Positions 55,110 to 64,000 of a stretch of 64,000 nt of DNA are shown here, one piece after another. The stretch is from Flavobacteriales bacterium CG_4_10_14_0_2_um_filter_35_18. Lineage in GTDB: Bacteria; Bacteroidota; Bacteroidia; Flavobacteriales; Flavobacteriaceae. The notes below the pieces were generated by a model that was not told the origin of the DNA, did not search any database, and saw only the letters and a list, made by a program, of their open reading frames with translations. The first letter of the stretch is position 1. Each line of letters starts with the position of its first letter. The position numbers were made by a program, and so were the translations under genes. The stretch spans positions 2,018 through 66,017 of the forward strand of contig PFPU01000107.1 in the NCBI GenBank assembly GCA_002793215.1, read 5' to 3'.

Positions 55110-57506
55110 ATGAAAAAATTATTGACACTCTCATTTCTAATTGTTTGCCTTCAGCCTGCTTTTAGTCAATTTTTTAAAGACAAACCATCTGTTAAAACTT
55201 ATAAGGGTTATTATAACTTTTATTATGATAATGATACCGATAAAATTTTTCTAGAAGTCGATAAAATAAATCAAGAATTTCTCTTTGTTTCAGCACTATC
55301 TCAAGGTATTGGCTCTAATGATATCGGATTAGACCGCGGCCAATTGGGCAACGAAAAAGTGGTAAAATTCATTAAAGCCGGCAATAAATTATTGTTGTTA
55401 CAATCCAACTTGAATTATCGGGCGATAACTTCAAATGCCGACGAAAGAAATTCTGTGAGCGAAGCTTTTGCTAAATCTGTTTTATACGGATTTGTTATCA
55501 CTGAAACTAATAACGGTCATTATTTAGTTGATGCAACCGACTTTTTTATGCAAGATACGCACGGCGTTGCCAATCGTTTACAACAAAATAATCAAGGTCA
55601 ATACAGCCTCGATAAAACCAAAAGTGCTTTTAATTTAGAACGCACCAGAGCCTTTCCTAAAAACGATGAATTTGACATACTGCTAACTTTTGCAGGAAAT
55701 CCTAAAGGCTATGAAATTAGAAGTGTTACGCCAACAGCTTCATTGGTAACGGTCTATCAACATTATTCTTTTGTAGAATTGCCCGATAATAATTATAAAA
55801 CCAGAGTTTTTGATACCCGAAGTGGCTCTTACTCTTTTTCCTATTTTGATTATGCCACACCTATTAATGAAGGCATTGAAAAGCGCTTTATTATGCGCCA
55901 CCGTTTAGAAAAAAAATATCCCAATGAAAAGATGAGTGAGCCTATAAAACCAATTATTTACTATGTTGATCGCGGTGCACCCGAACCGGTTAAGTCGGCT
56001 TTAATTGAAGGAGCCAGCTGGTGGAATCAAGCTTATGAAGTTGCAGGATTTAAAAATGCATTTATTGTAAAAGAACTTCCCGAAGGGGCTGATCCGCTAG
56101 ATTTGCGTTATAATGTTATTCAGTGGGTTCACCGTTCAACACGTGGCTGGTCTTATGGCGCGAGCATTAGCGACCCAAGAACAGGTGAAATTTTAAAAGG
56201 ACACGTGAGCCTCGGTTCTTTGCGCATCCGTCAAGATTTTTTAATTGCTTCGGCTTTAAAAGCGCAATACAAGGAGGGCAACTCTCAAGATAATGAAGCC
56301 CTGCAGTTAGCTTTGGCGCGTATTCGTCAATTGGCAGCGCACGAAGTAGGGCACACACTCGGTTTTTCACACAATTTTGCGGCGAGTGTAAACGGCCATG
56401 CTTCGGTGATGGATTATCCTTTTCCTTATGCCACCTTAAAGGAGGGTAAATTAGATTTTAGTCAGGCTTATTCAACTGGAATCGGTGCTTGGGATAAAAT
56501 TGTGGTCACTTATGCTTACGCAGAATATCCAACAAACGAATCAGGACAATTGCAAAAATTGCTGAATGATGCCGAAAAAAATGGATTTAAATATTTGACA
56601 GATGGAGATGCCAGACCCGTTGGTGGCGCTTCACCAATTGCACATTTATGGGATAACGGAACAAGTGCCACAAATGAATTGCAACGACTTTTTAATGTGA
56701 GAGCATTTGCCATTCAAAATTTTTCGGTTGCAAATATCAAAACGGGCGAGCCATTTTCTAATTTAGAAGATGTATTTGTTCCGCTCTATTTTTTACACCG
56801 CTACCAAGTAGAAGCCGTTGTTAAATTAATTGGCGGTGTCGATTATAATTATGCCGTAAAAGGCGGTGCTATTTTTACAAATAAAACCGTAGATGCTGCT
56901 GACCAGCGTGATGCCCTTAACGGAATGATACAAAGTATGTCAGTTGAAACACTCGAAATTCCGCTAACCATTCGCAATTTATTTCCGCCAAGGGCTTTTG
57001 GATACGATAAAACTAGAGAGAGTTTTGATGGTAAAACCGGATTGGTATTTGATGATTTAAGCGCTGTATCAACCGCTGCCGAAATGAGCTTAGCGCTCTT
57101 GCTAAATCCCGAACGTGCCACGCGATTGGTGCAACAAAAAAGTGCCAATCAAAAACAATTAGGTTTAGATGAAATGCTTGAAATATTGATAAATCAGACA
57201 TTTAAAAAACAACAAGCAAATGCTTATCAAACAGAATTGCAGAACACTGTTAACTATGAAACCTTGAAATACTTGTTTAATTTGGCAAGCCAATCGGACA
57301 CTTATCCACAAGTGAATGCCATTGTCAAATTTAAACTAAACGACTTATCAAGGTATTTAAAAACCAGAAAAACCACAGCTATCCAACAAATGTACGACCA
57401 AGATATGGCTGATAAAATTAAGCGTTATTTAGAAAAACCAGGGGAATTCAAATTGATTCCGAGTGCTAAAATACCGGATGGCGCACCTATTGGCGAGGAA
57501 GATTAA
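55110..57506 (+). CDS. Secreted zinc-dependent metalloprotease (large Bacteroidota DUF5117/DUF4953-type family)
   Basis: 798 aa with a signal peptide and the HEVGHTLGFSHNF zinc motif followed by SVMDYP. Confidence 0.7.
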   Translation: MKKLLTLSFLIVCLQPAFSQFFKDKPSVKTYKGYYNFYYDNDTDKIFLEVDKINQEFLFVSALSQGIGSNDIGLDRGQLGNEKVVKFIKAGNKLLLLQSNLNYRAITSNADERNSVSEAFAKSVLYGFVITETNNGHYLVDATDFFMQDTHGVANRLQQNNQGQYSLDKTKSAFNLERTRAFPKNDEFDILLTFAGNPKGYEIRSVTPTASLVTVYQHYSFVELPDNNYKTRVFDTRSGSYSFSYFDYATPINEGIEKRFIMRHRLEKKYPNEKMSEPIKPIIYYVDRGAPEPVKSALIEGASWWNQAYEVAGFKNAFIVKELPEGADPLDLRYNVIQWVHRSTRGWSYGASISDPRTGEILKGHVSLGSLRIRQDFLIASALKAQYKEGNSQDNEALQLALARIRQLAAHEVGHTLGFSHNFAASVNGHASVMDYPFPYATLKEGKLDFSQAYSTGIGAWDKIVVTYAYAEYPTNESGQLQKLLNDAEKNGFKYLTDGDARPVGGASPIAHLWDNGTSATNELQRLFNVRAFAIQNFSVANIKTGEPFSNLEDVFVPLYFLHRYQVEAVVKLIGGVDYNYAVKGGAIFTNKTVDAADQRDALNGMIQSMSVETLEIPLTIRNLFPPRAFGYDKTRESFDGKTGLVFDDLSAVSTAAEMSLALLLNPERATRLVQQKSANQKQLGLDEMLEILINQTFKKQQANAYQTELQNTVNYETLKYLFNLASQSDTYPQVNAIVKFKLNDLSRYLKTRKTTAIQQMYDQDMADKIKRYLEKPGEFKLIPSAKIPDGAPIGEED

Positions 57507-57543
57507 ATTAAAGACTAAAGAAAAATAACCAATAACCAATAAA

Positions 57544-58569
57544 ATGATTGTCAATTTAATAAGTGATACTGTAACCATTCCAACGCCCGAAATGCTCGAT
57601 TTTATGATGCATGCCAAAGTGGGTGATGATGTTTTTAATGCCGATCCAACGGCAATTATCCTACAAGAAAAAATTGCTAAACTCTTTGGCAAAGAAGCGG
57701 CTTTGTTTTTTCCTTCGGGAACCATGACCAATCAAACGGCAATTAAAATCCACACGCAACCCGGAGAACAAATGATTTGCGATAAATGGGCGCATGTTTA
57801 TAATTATGAAGGTGGTGGAGCGGCCTTTAATTCCGGAATTTCATGCTGTCTTTTAGATGGCAATCGCGGTATGTTTAATGCCGAACAAGTAAAAGCAGCT
57901 ATTAACAATCCCGAAAATATTCATCTGGCAAAAACAACTTTAGTAGCCGTAGAAAACACAACAAACAAAGGTGGTGGCGCTTGTTGGGACTTAGAAGAAC
58001 TCAAAAAAATAAAGCGCGTTTGTCAAGAACATAAGTTGGCTTATCACCTTGATGGCGCACGTTTATTTAATGCTTTAGTGGCTAAAGATGAAACGCCAAA
58101 ACAATATGGTGAATTGTTCGACACCATTTCAATTTGTCTTTCAAAAGGTTTGGGAGCACCTATTGGCTCGCTTTTATTAGGAAGTGAAGCGCATATTAAA
58201 AAAGCGTATCGCATCCGCAAATTATTTGGTGGCGCTATGCGTCAAGTTGGCTATTTGGCAGCCGCCGGCATTTATGCACTTGACCATAATATAAAACGCT
58301 TGTCTATTGATCATATTCATGCCAAAAATATTGGTGAAGCCTTAAAAAAATCAGCTTATATAAGTAAGGTTGAACCAATTGAAACTAATATTATCATCTT
58401 TAATTTGGATAAATCGATTAACGAAAACAACTTTATTCAGGCGCTGACAGATAAAAATATCTTAATCAGCTCTATGGGAAGCGGTAAGCTCAGAATGGTA
58501 ACTCATTTAGGGGTAAGCTTTGATATGGTTGAAAAAACCATCCAAGTAATACAAAATCTCAAACTTTAA
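57544..58569 (+). CDS. ltaE: Low-specificity L-threonine aldolase
   Basis: 341 aa with SDTVTIPTPEM...GDDVF..DPT...LFFPSGTMTNQ and the LSKGLGAP PLP-lysine region. Confidence 0.8.
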   Translation: MIVNLISDTVTIPTPEMLDFMMHAKVGDDVFNADPTAIILQEKIAKLFGKEAALFFPSGTMTNQTAIKIHTQPGEQMICDKWAHVYNYEGGGAAFNSGISCCLLDGNRGMFNAEQVKAAINNPENIHLAKTTLVAVENTTNKGGGACWDLEELKKIKRVCQEHKLAYHLDGARLFNALVAKDETPKQYGELFDTISICLSKGLGAPIGSLLLGSEAHIKKAYRIRKLFGGAMRQVGYLAAAGIYALDHNIKRLSIDHIHAKNIGEALKKSAYISKVEPIETNIIIFNLDKSINENNFIQALTDKNILISSMGSGKLRMVTHLGVSFDMVEKTIQVIQNLKL

Positions 58570-58590
58570 AATAACTCAAAACATAACATC

Positions 58591-59934
58591 ATGAAATTAA
58601 ATTTTTTACTTTTAGCCTTTTTAATGACGACGTTAACCTATTCGCAAACCGAAATTTCGACTAGGCTTACTGACATTGCCATTGCACCGCAAGCCGACCA
58701 TATTAAAGCTGATATCACCACCTTAGTGGGATTTGGAACGCGTCACACCTTATCAGATACCATATCAAAAACCAGAGGCATTGGCGCTGCAAGGCGTTGG
58801 GTAAAAAGCGCCTATGATAGAATTTCGAAAGATTGTAATGGTTGTTTAGAGGTGAGCTACCAAAAAGCGTTAGTTTCAAAAGATGATAAACGCATCTTCA
58901 AGGATGTTGAGATTGTCAACGTTTTAGCCATACAACGCGGCACAAAATATCCAAATAAATATGTAATAATGACAGGAGATATTGATTCAAGAGTATCTAA
59001 TCCAAATAACGCTACTTCCGATTCACCTGGTGCTAATGATAATGCTACCGGTTTAGCAGGAACCATTGAAGCGGCAAGGGTTTTAAGCAAATATAAATTT
59101 CCGATTTCAATTATTTATGTTGGATTATCGGGCGAAGAACAAGGACTTCACGGCGGAACCAGTTTGGCAAAATTCGCTAAAGAACAAGGTTGGGAGTTGG
59201 TTGGTGTTTTAAATAATGATATGATTGGCAATATTGAAGGTATTGATGGTGTAATAGATAACACCTCTTTCAGAATCTTTTCCGAAGCCATTTCGCCTAC
59301 AATCTCCGAAAAGGAAATAAGAGCTATGCGATTTTACGGTGGAGAAGTAGATGGGGCATCGCGACAATTAGCGCGTTACGTTGCGCGTTTAGCCGAAACC
59401 TATATGACCAATTTAAAACCAATGATGATTTATCGTCTCGACCGATTTGGAAGAGGCGGTCACCACCGTCCGTTTAATGATTTAGGATTTACGGGCGTTC
59501 GCATTATGGAAACCCACGAAAATTACAACCGCCAGCATCAAGATATCCGAATAGAAAACGGCATCAAATACGGTGATGTTTTAGAAGGGGTAAACTTTGA
59601 ATATGCAGCAAAACTGACGGCTGTTAATTGTTTGACATTAGCCTCATTAGCCTCGGCAACAGCCAAGCCAAAAAATGTTTTAATCGGCGGTGCGGTGCAA
59701 GCATCAACCACCTTAACTTGGGACGCCGTTGTTGATGACGACTTGTTGGGATATAAAATTTACTGGCGCGATACCACTTCGCCACAATGGCAAAATAGCC
59801 GTTTTGTGGGGAAACTCAACAAATTTACCCTAGAAAATATTGTGATTGACAATTATTTTTTTGGTGTGGCAAGTATCAGTAAAAATGGGGCAGAGAGCCT
59901 TGTTCAATTCCCACAAGGATTAATTAAAAATTAA
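58591..59934 (+). CDS. M28 family peptidase with C-terminal fibronectin-III-like domain
   Basis: 447 aa with a signal peptide, M28 motifs (GANDNATG; SGEEQGLHG; NNDMIG) and a C-terminal LTWDAV...YKIYWRDT segment. Confidence 0.75.
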   Translation: MKLNFLLLAFLMTTLTYSQTEISTRLTDIAIAPQADHIKADITTLVGFGTRHTLSDTISKTRGIGAARRWVKSAYDRISKDCNGCLEVSYQKALVSKDDKRIFKDVEIVNVLAIQRGTKYPNKYVIMTGDIDSRVSNPNNATSDSPGANDNATGLAGTIEAARVLSKYKFPISIIYVGLSGEEQGLHGGTSLAKFAKEQGWELVGVLNNDMIGNIEGIDGVIDNTSFRIFSEAISPTISEKEIRAMRFYGGEVDGASRQLARYVARLAETYMTNLKPMMIYRLDRFGRGGHHRPFNDLGFTGVRIMETHENYNRQHQDIRIENGIKYGDVLEGVNFEYAAKLTAVNCLTLASLASATAKPKNVLIGGAVQASTTLTWDAVVDDDLLGYKIYWRDTTSPQWQNSRFVGKLNKFTLENIVIDNYFFGVASISKNGAESLVQFPQGLIKN

Positions 59935-59997
59935 ATTTATTATTTTTTTGTAAGGTAGAAATTTAGCGTGCGACTTAGAAGTAAAATTTAAATAAAA

Positions 59998-60633
59998 TTG
60001 AATAAAATTGCCAGCATAATAGTTATTTTAATCGTTTCGTTAATAAATATCCATGCTCAAAACTCAAAAAAAATGACCTTAAATACCACTTATAATAATT
60101 CAATTGCTACCGCCACTTTTGCAGGAGGCTGTTTTTGGTGTACCGAAGCAATTTTTCAGGAGCTAGATGGCGTAAAATCGGTTGTTTCCGGTTTTACGGG
60201 AGGCACTGTTAAAAATCCTGCTTATCGCGAAGTGGTAACAGGCAGAACCGGACATGCCGAAGCCATCCGCATCACTTATGACCCAAATAAAATTAGCTAT
60301 AAAGAACTGTTAGCGGTTTTTTTCTCAACACATAATCCGACTACTTTAAACAGGCAAGGTTATGATGAAGGCACACAATACCGTTCAGCGATTTTTTATC
60401 ATAATGAAAGTCAAAAAAAGGAAGCTGAGCTTGAAATAGCAACCTTAACGGCAGCAAAGGTGTTTGATTCGGAAATAGTAACAGAAGTAAAACCATTTAA
60501 CGTGTTTTATTTAGCCGAAGATTACCATCAGGATTATTATTCAAACAATAAATCGCAGCCTTATTGCCAAAATGTTATTAATCCTAAATTACAAAAGTTC
60601 TTAAAAAAATACCACTCTAAAATAAAAGTCTAG
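59998..60633 (+). CDS. msrA: Peptide-methionine (S)-S-oxide reductase MsrA
   Basis: FAGGCFWCTEA and GHAEAIRITYDP motifs. The track start is TTG 59998 and encodes a signal-like peptide. The alternative ATG at 60073 gives a cytosolic form. Confidence 0.85.
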   Translation: MNKIASIIVILIVSLINIHAQNSKKMTLNTTYNNSIATATFAGGCFWCTEAIFQELDGVKSVVSGFTGGTVKNPAYREVVTGRTGHAEAIRITYDPNKISYKELLAVFFSTHNPTTLNRQGYDEGTQYRSAIFYHNESQKKEAELEIATLTAAKVFDSEIVTEVKPFNVFYLAEDYHQDYYSNNKSQPYCQNVINPKLQKFLKKYHSKIKV

Positions 60634-60662
60634 TCAAAAATTTGGTTGATTTTTGGTTTGAA

Positions 60663-60700
60663 AGGTTGTTATGCGCTTGTATAACAGCCTTTCTTTATTT
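60663..60700 (+). terminator. Rho-independent terminator after msrA
   Basis: 10-bp stem AGGTTGTTAT / ATAACAGCCT (one G-T pair), 8-nt loop, T-rich tail. Confidence 0.6.
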
Positions 60701-60796
60701 TATAGATTTTTAATTTTAATATTTAATATATAGGTCATTTTTAAAATATAATCTATTAAGAATCCCTATTTTTACCTTTTAAAATTCGAGATTCAT

Positions 60797-63244
60797 TTGG
60801 AACTTTTTATTGATGTAATTTTGCCCATTCCGCTTCAAAAGTTATTTACCTATAAAATAACGGATGTAGAAGCAAGCCAATTAACACCTGGCATGCGGGT
60901 TGTTGTGCCCTTTGGTAAATCAAAATTATATACGGCAATAGTTGAAAATAGCCATCAGCTTGCGCCAACAGCTTATCAGGCAAAACCCATTTATCAAATT
61001 TTAGATAAATCGCCAATAATCACCAAAAAACAGTTGCAACATTGGCAATGGATTGCTGCTTATTATTGCTGCACCTTGGGCGAAGTGATGCGAGCGGCAC
61101 TTCCGTCGGCTCTGTTATTAGAGAGTGAAACGCTGGTGGTTAAAAATCAGCTATTTAATGATGAATCACTTTTAACCGATGGTGAATTTCTAATTTTTGA
61201 AGCCTTGCAGCATCAAGCTGAATTAAAAATTAGCGACATCAGCAACATTATTCAGCGAAAAACAGTGGTGGGTTTTATCCAACAAATGCTTAATAAAGGA
61301 CTTATTGAATTAAAAGAATCCCTTTATCAAAAGTACAAACCAAAACTAGAAAAGTACGTTAAGCTCAATCCAAAATATCACAATAGCAACGCTTTAAATA
61401 CTTTTTTAAACGATTTAAAAAAGGCTCCAAAACAAAGTGCCTTAATCTTGCAGTTTTTTGCTTTGAATCCTAAAGGAACCAAAACCCTTGTTGCTAATGA
61501 CTTACTAACAAAAGCACAAAGTTCAGTAGCTGTTTTAAACGCACTCCACGAAAAAGAATTTTTTGAAGTCTTTTATGAACCCGTAGATCGCATTCAAAAT
61601 AGCGATGAAACCGTTGGGTTAAAAAGCTTATCAAAAACACAGCAAGTAGCTTTAAATCACCTAAAAAAAGCATTTCTAAAACATGATGTTTGTCTGTTGC
61701 ACGGCGTAACGTCGAGCGGAAAAACGGAGCTTTATGTAAGCCTAATCCAAGAGGCTTTAAAGCAAAATAAACAAGTCTTGTTTTTGTTGCCCGAAATAGC
61801 CTTAACAACTCAATTAATCATCCGCTTACGAGCTTATTTTGGTACATCCTTAGCGGTTTTTCATTCAAAATACAGTTTAAATGAGCGGGTTGAAGTTTGG
61901 CAGAATTTAATGGGCCATACCGAAAAAGCACAAATAATTATTGGCGCTCGATCGGCATTGTTGCTGCCTTTTTCAAACTTAGGATTGATTATTGTAGATG
62001 AAGAACACGAAAATTCTTACAAACAATTTGAACCTGCACCCCGCTATCATGCACGTGATGCCGCCATTGTTTTAGCGAGCATTCATCAAGCTAAGGTTGT
62101 TTTAGGAAGTGCCACGCCATCTATTGAAACCTATTATAACGCGCAAAAAAATAAATATGCTTTAGTTGAATTATCCGAACGCTTTGGCGATGGTTTACTA
62201 CCTAAAATTGAATTAATTAACCTAAAAGAAACCTATAAAAAGAAGCAAATGAATGGTTTTTTTTCTAACCAACTTTTAGAGGAAATTAAACGCGCATTGA
62301 GCAATCAAAACCAAATAATTTTATTCCAAAACAGGCGCGGTTATGCGCCAATTATGAGTTGCACGTCGTGTGGGGTTGTACCACATTGCCCAAATTGTGA
62401 TGTGAGTTTAACTTTTCATAAACTTAAAAATAGTTTGCAGTGTCATTATTGTGGCTATTCTGAACCATTAGTTACTAATTGCAAAGCGTGTGGCAATGCC
62501 ACTTTAACCACTCAAGGTTTTGGTACCGAACAAATTGTGGCAGCTTTACAGGAGTTATTGCCCGAGGTGCCTATTGGCAGAATGGATTTTGATACCACGC
62601 GCGGTAAATATTCCTATCAAAAAATTATCAACGATTTTCAGCTAGGAAACACCAAAATATTAGTTGGAACCCAAATGTTATCAAAGGGTTTAGATTTTTC
62701 GAATGTAACACTCGTAGGTGTTTTGCAAGCGGATAGTATGCTTAATTTTCCGGATTTTAGAGCACATGAACACAGTTTTCAACTCTTGCAGCAAGTTGCG
62801 GGAAGGTCGGGTAGAAGTGCTTCAAATGGACGTGTGGTGATTCAAACCTACAATCCTTTTCATCAAATTTTAAAACAAGTTCAAGCGCATGCTTATTTGC
62901 AAATGTACCAAGAGCAGTTGAGCGAACGCAAGCAACATCGCTATCCGCCCTTTGTGAGACTGGTAAAAATTATTTTAAAACATAAAAACGCCCATACGCT
63001 TTTTAATGCGAGTGAATGGTTAGCAAAATCATTTGCCATTACTTTTAAAGATGAAGCTTTGGGTCCAAGTGACCCACCCATTCCTAGAATTCGAAATTTA
63101 TATGCAAAGACTTTTTTGTTGAAATTTCCTAAAAATCAACAATTAGAAAATTCTAAACGTGCCTTGCTAATAATTAAAGATCGCTTTTTGGCTATAAGCG
63201 AATTTAAATCGGTTCGCTTTATCATTGATGTGGATAATTACTAA
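60797..63244 (+). CDS. priA: Primosomal protein N' (replication restart helicase PriA)
   Basis: 815 aa with an N-terminal FIDVILPIPL...FTY 3'-DNA-binding domain, Walker A GVTSSGKTE, DEEH and the Cys-rich zinc region CTSCG..PHCPNCD..L..H...L.CHYCG. It apparently starts at TTG. Confidence 0.9.
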   Translation: MELFIDVILPIPLQKLFTYKITDVEASQLTPGMRVVVPFGKSKLYTAIVENSHQLAPTAYQAKPIYQILDKSPIITKKQLQHWQWIAAYYCCTLGEVMRAALPSALLLESETLVVKNQLFNDESLLTDGEFLIFEALQHQAELKISDISNIIQRKTVVGFIQQMLNKGLIELKESLYQKYKPKLEKYVKLNPKYHNSNALNTFLNDLKKAPKQSALILQFFALNPKGTKTLVANDLLTKAQSSVAVLNALHEKEFFEVFYEPVDRIQNSDETVGLKSLSKTQQVALNHLKKAFLKHDVCLLHGVTSSGKTELYVSLIQEALKQNKQVLFLLPEIALTTQLIIRLRAYFGTSLAVFHSKYSLNERVEVWQNLMGHTEKAQIIIGARSALLLPFSNLGLIIVDEEHENSYKQFEPAPRYHARDAAIVLASIHQAKVVLGSATPSIETYYNAQKNKYALVELSERFGDGLLPKIELINLKETYKKKQMNGFFSNQLLEEIKRALSNQNQIILFQNRRGYAPIMSCTSCGVVPHCPNCDVSLTFHKLKNSLQCHYCGYSEPLVTNCKACGNATLTTQGFGTEQIVAALQELLPEVPIGRMDFDTTRGKYSYQKIINDFQLGNTKILVGTQMLSKGLDFSNVTLVGVLQADSMLNFPDFRAHEHSFQLLQQVAGRSGRSASNGRVVIQTYNPFHQILKQVQAHAYLQMYQEQLSERKQHRYPPFVRLVKIILKHKNAHTLFNASEWLAKSFAITFKDEALGPSDPPIPRIRNLYAKTFLLKFPKNQQLENSKRALLIIKDRFLAISEFKSVRFIIDVDNY

Positions 63245-63363
63245 AATATCAAAGAGCAAAAAGCACAGCACAAAAAAATCCTGCAAACGTTTTCGTAAAT
63301 TATACGATATATTTCGACTACGCATCTAAAGCTTTTGTAGCTTTCGAACTTAATTTAAAAAAA

Positions 63364-64000
63364 ATGTCCACTTTGCCAAAATTAAAACGTTTTAACGAAA
63401 ATGTTTTAGCTAAATATCAGATTTACAATAGTATTTTTATGACACTTCCTTTTGATGCAATTAGCAAAACGGGTGTGTTATTGCCCTTATTTCATGAATT
63501 GTGTAAAAATGGATACGAAAAGGGTGACAATCCAACCCAAATTATTGCGCGTTTCTTTGAAACTTATCGAAATGACAGCTCCGAAAAGGACAAAATAAAT
63601 ATGCTCTTTAAGTTTATCCAATATATTGAACGCCAGGTAGTATTATTTGATGCTGTTGAAGATTCTGCTTTTGCTGTGGTCAATAATATGGATGGCATTG
63701 GCACCTTGAGAAACAGTAAAGAAACGGCCGTTTTAGAACAAAAAACCGACGCGTTAAAAAATTATTTAGCGCATTTTAAAACCAGAATTGTATTAACAGC
63801 ACATCCCACACAGTTTTATCCCGGAACGGTTTTGGGCATCATCACCGATTTAACTGAAGCTATCCAACAGAATGATTTATTGCGTATTAATAAATTATTA
63901 GCGCAACTTGGCAAGACTCCTTTTTTTAAACACGAAAAGCCAACCCCTTTTGAAGAAGCGGTCAGCTTAATTTGGTATTTAGAAAATGTATTTTACAAAT
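63364..64000 (+). CDS. ppc: Phosphoenolpyruvate carboxylase, N-terminal fragment running off the window
   Basis: Hand translation from ATG 63364: MSTLPKLKRFNENVLAKYQIYNS...FKTRIVLTAHPTQFYPGTVLG... It contains the PEPC VLTAHPTQ signature. The frame stays open to the window end. Confidence 0.75.
   Translation, partial: MSTLPKLKRFNENVLAKYQIYNSIFMTLPFDAISKTGVLLPLFHELCKNGYEKGDNPTQIIARFFETYRNDSSEKDKINMLFKFIQYIERQVVLFDAVEDSAFAVVNNMDGIGTLRNSKETAVLEQKTDALKNYLAHFKTRIVLTAHPTQFYPGTVLGIITDLTEAIQQNDLLRINKLLAQLGKTPFFKHEKPTPFEEAVSLIWYLENVFYK

Noticed and set aside
1-64000. Search for a defence island, mobile element, CRISPR array, toxin-antitoxin pair or other accessory system
   Set aside because: No integrase, transposase, recombinase, nuclease/helicase defence signature, regularly spaced repeats or compositional island was seen. 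Nearly every ORF has a recognisable housekeeping or conserved family pattern. The only mobility-like trace is the tRNA-His repeat, reported separately.

Overview
AT-rich (~34% GC) chromosomal segment with Bacteroidota/Flavobacteriia character, judged from gene content, TTG-N19-23-TAnnTTTG promoter motifs and a type-A RNase P RNA. It is densely packed with core housekeeping genes: ettA, acnA, purA, relA/spoT, fur, dnaB, prfB, priA, tsaE, yebC, msrA, a ppc fragment, tRNA-His and rnpB. I found no integrase, transposase, CRISPR array, toxin-antitoxin pair or recognisable defence gene, and no compelling evidence for a wholly new system. The main leads, in rough order of interest: (1) a six-gene GlgE-pathway alpha-glucan cluster (glgM-like GT4, glgC, glgE, mak, glgB, GH31) with no treS in the window. 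(2) A perfect 59-bp direct repeat of the tRNA-His 3' end plus its terminator, an att-like scar with no cargo between the copies. (3) An operon with three amidohydrolase-fold modules, only one of which keeps the HxH metal motif. (4) A translationally coupled DUF2891-like lipoprotein, NRAMP and pxpABC operon. (5) An ECF sigma, anti-sigma and coiled-coil beta-barrel module. (6) Several intergenic palindromes and short repeats, plus an untracked 59-aa membrane ORF. All protein calls come from reading the translations for family motifs; no database search was run. RNA and regulatory coordinates are good to a few nucleotides only.
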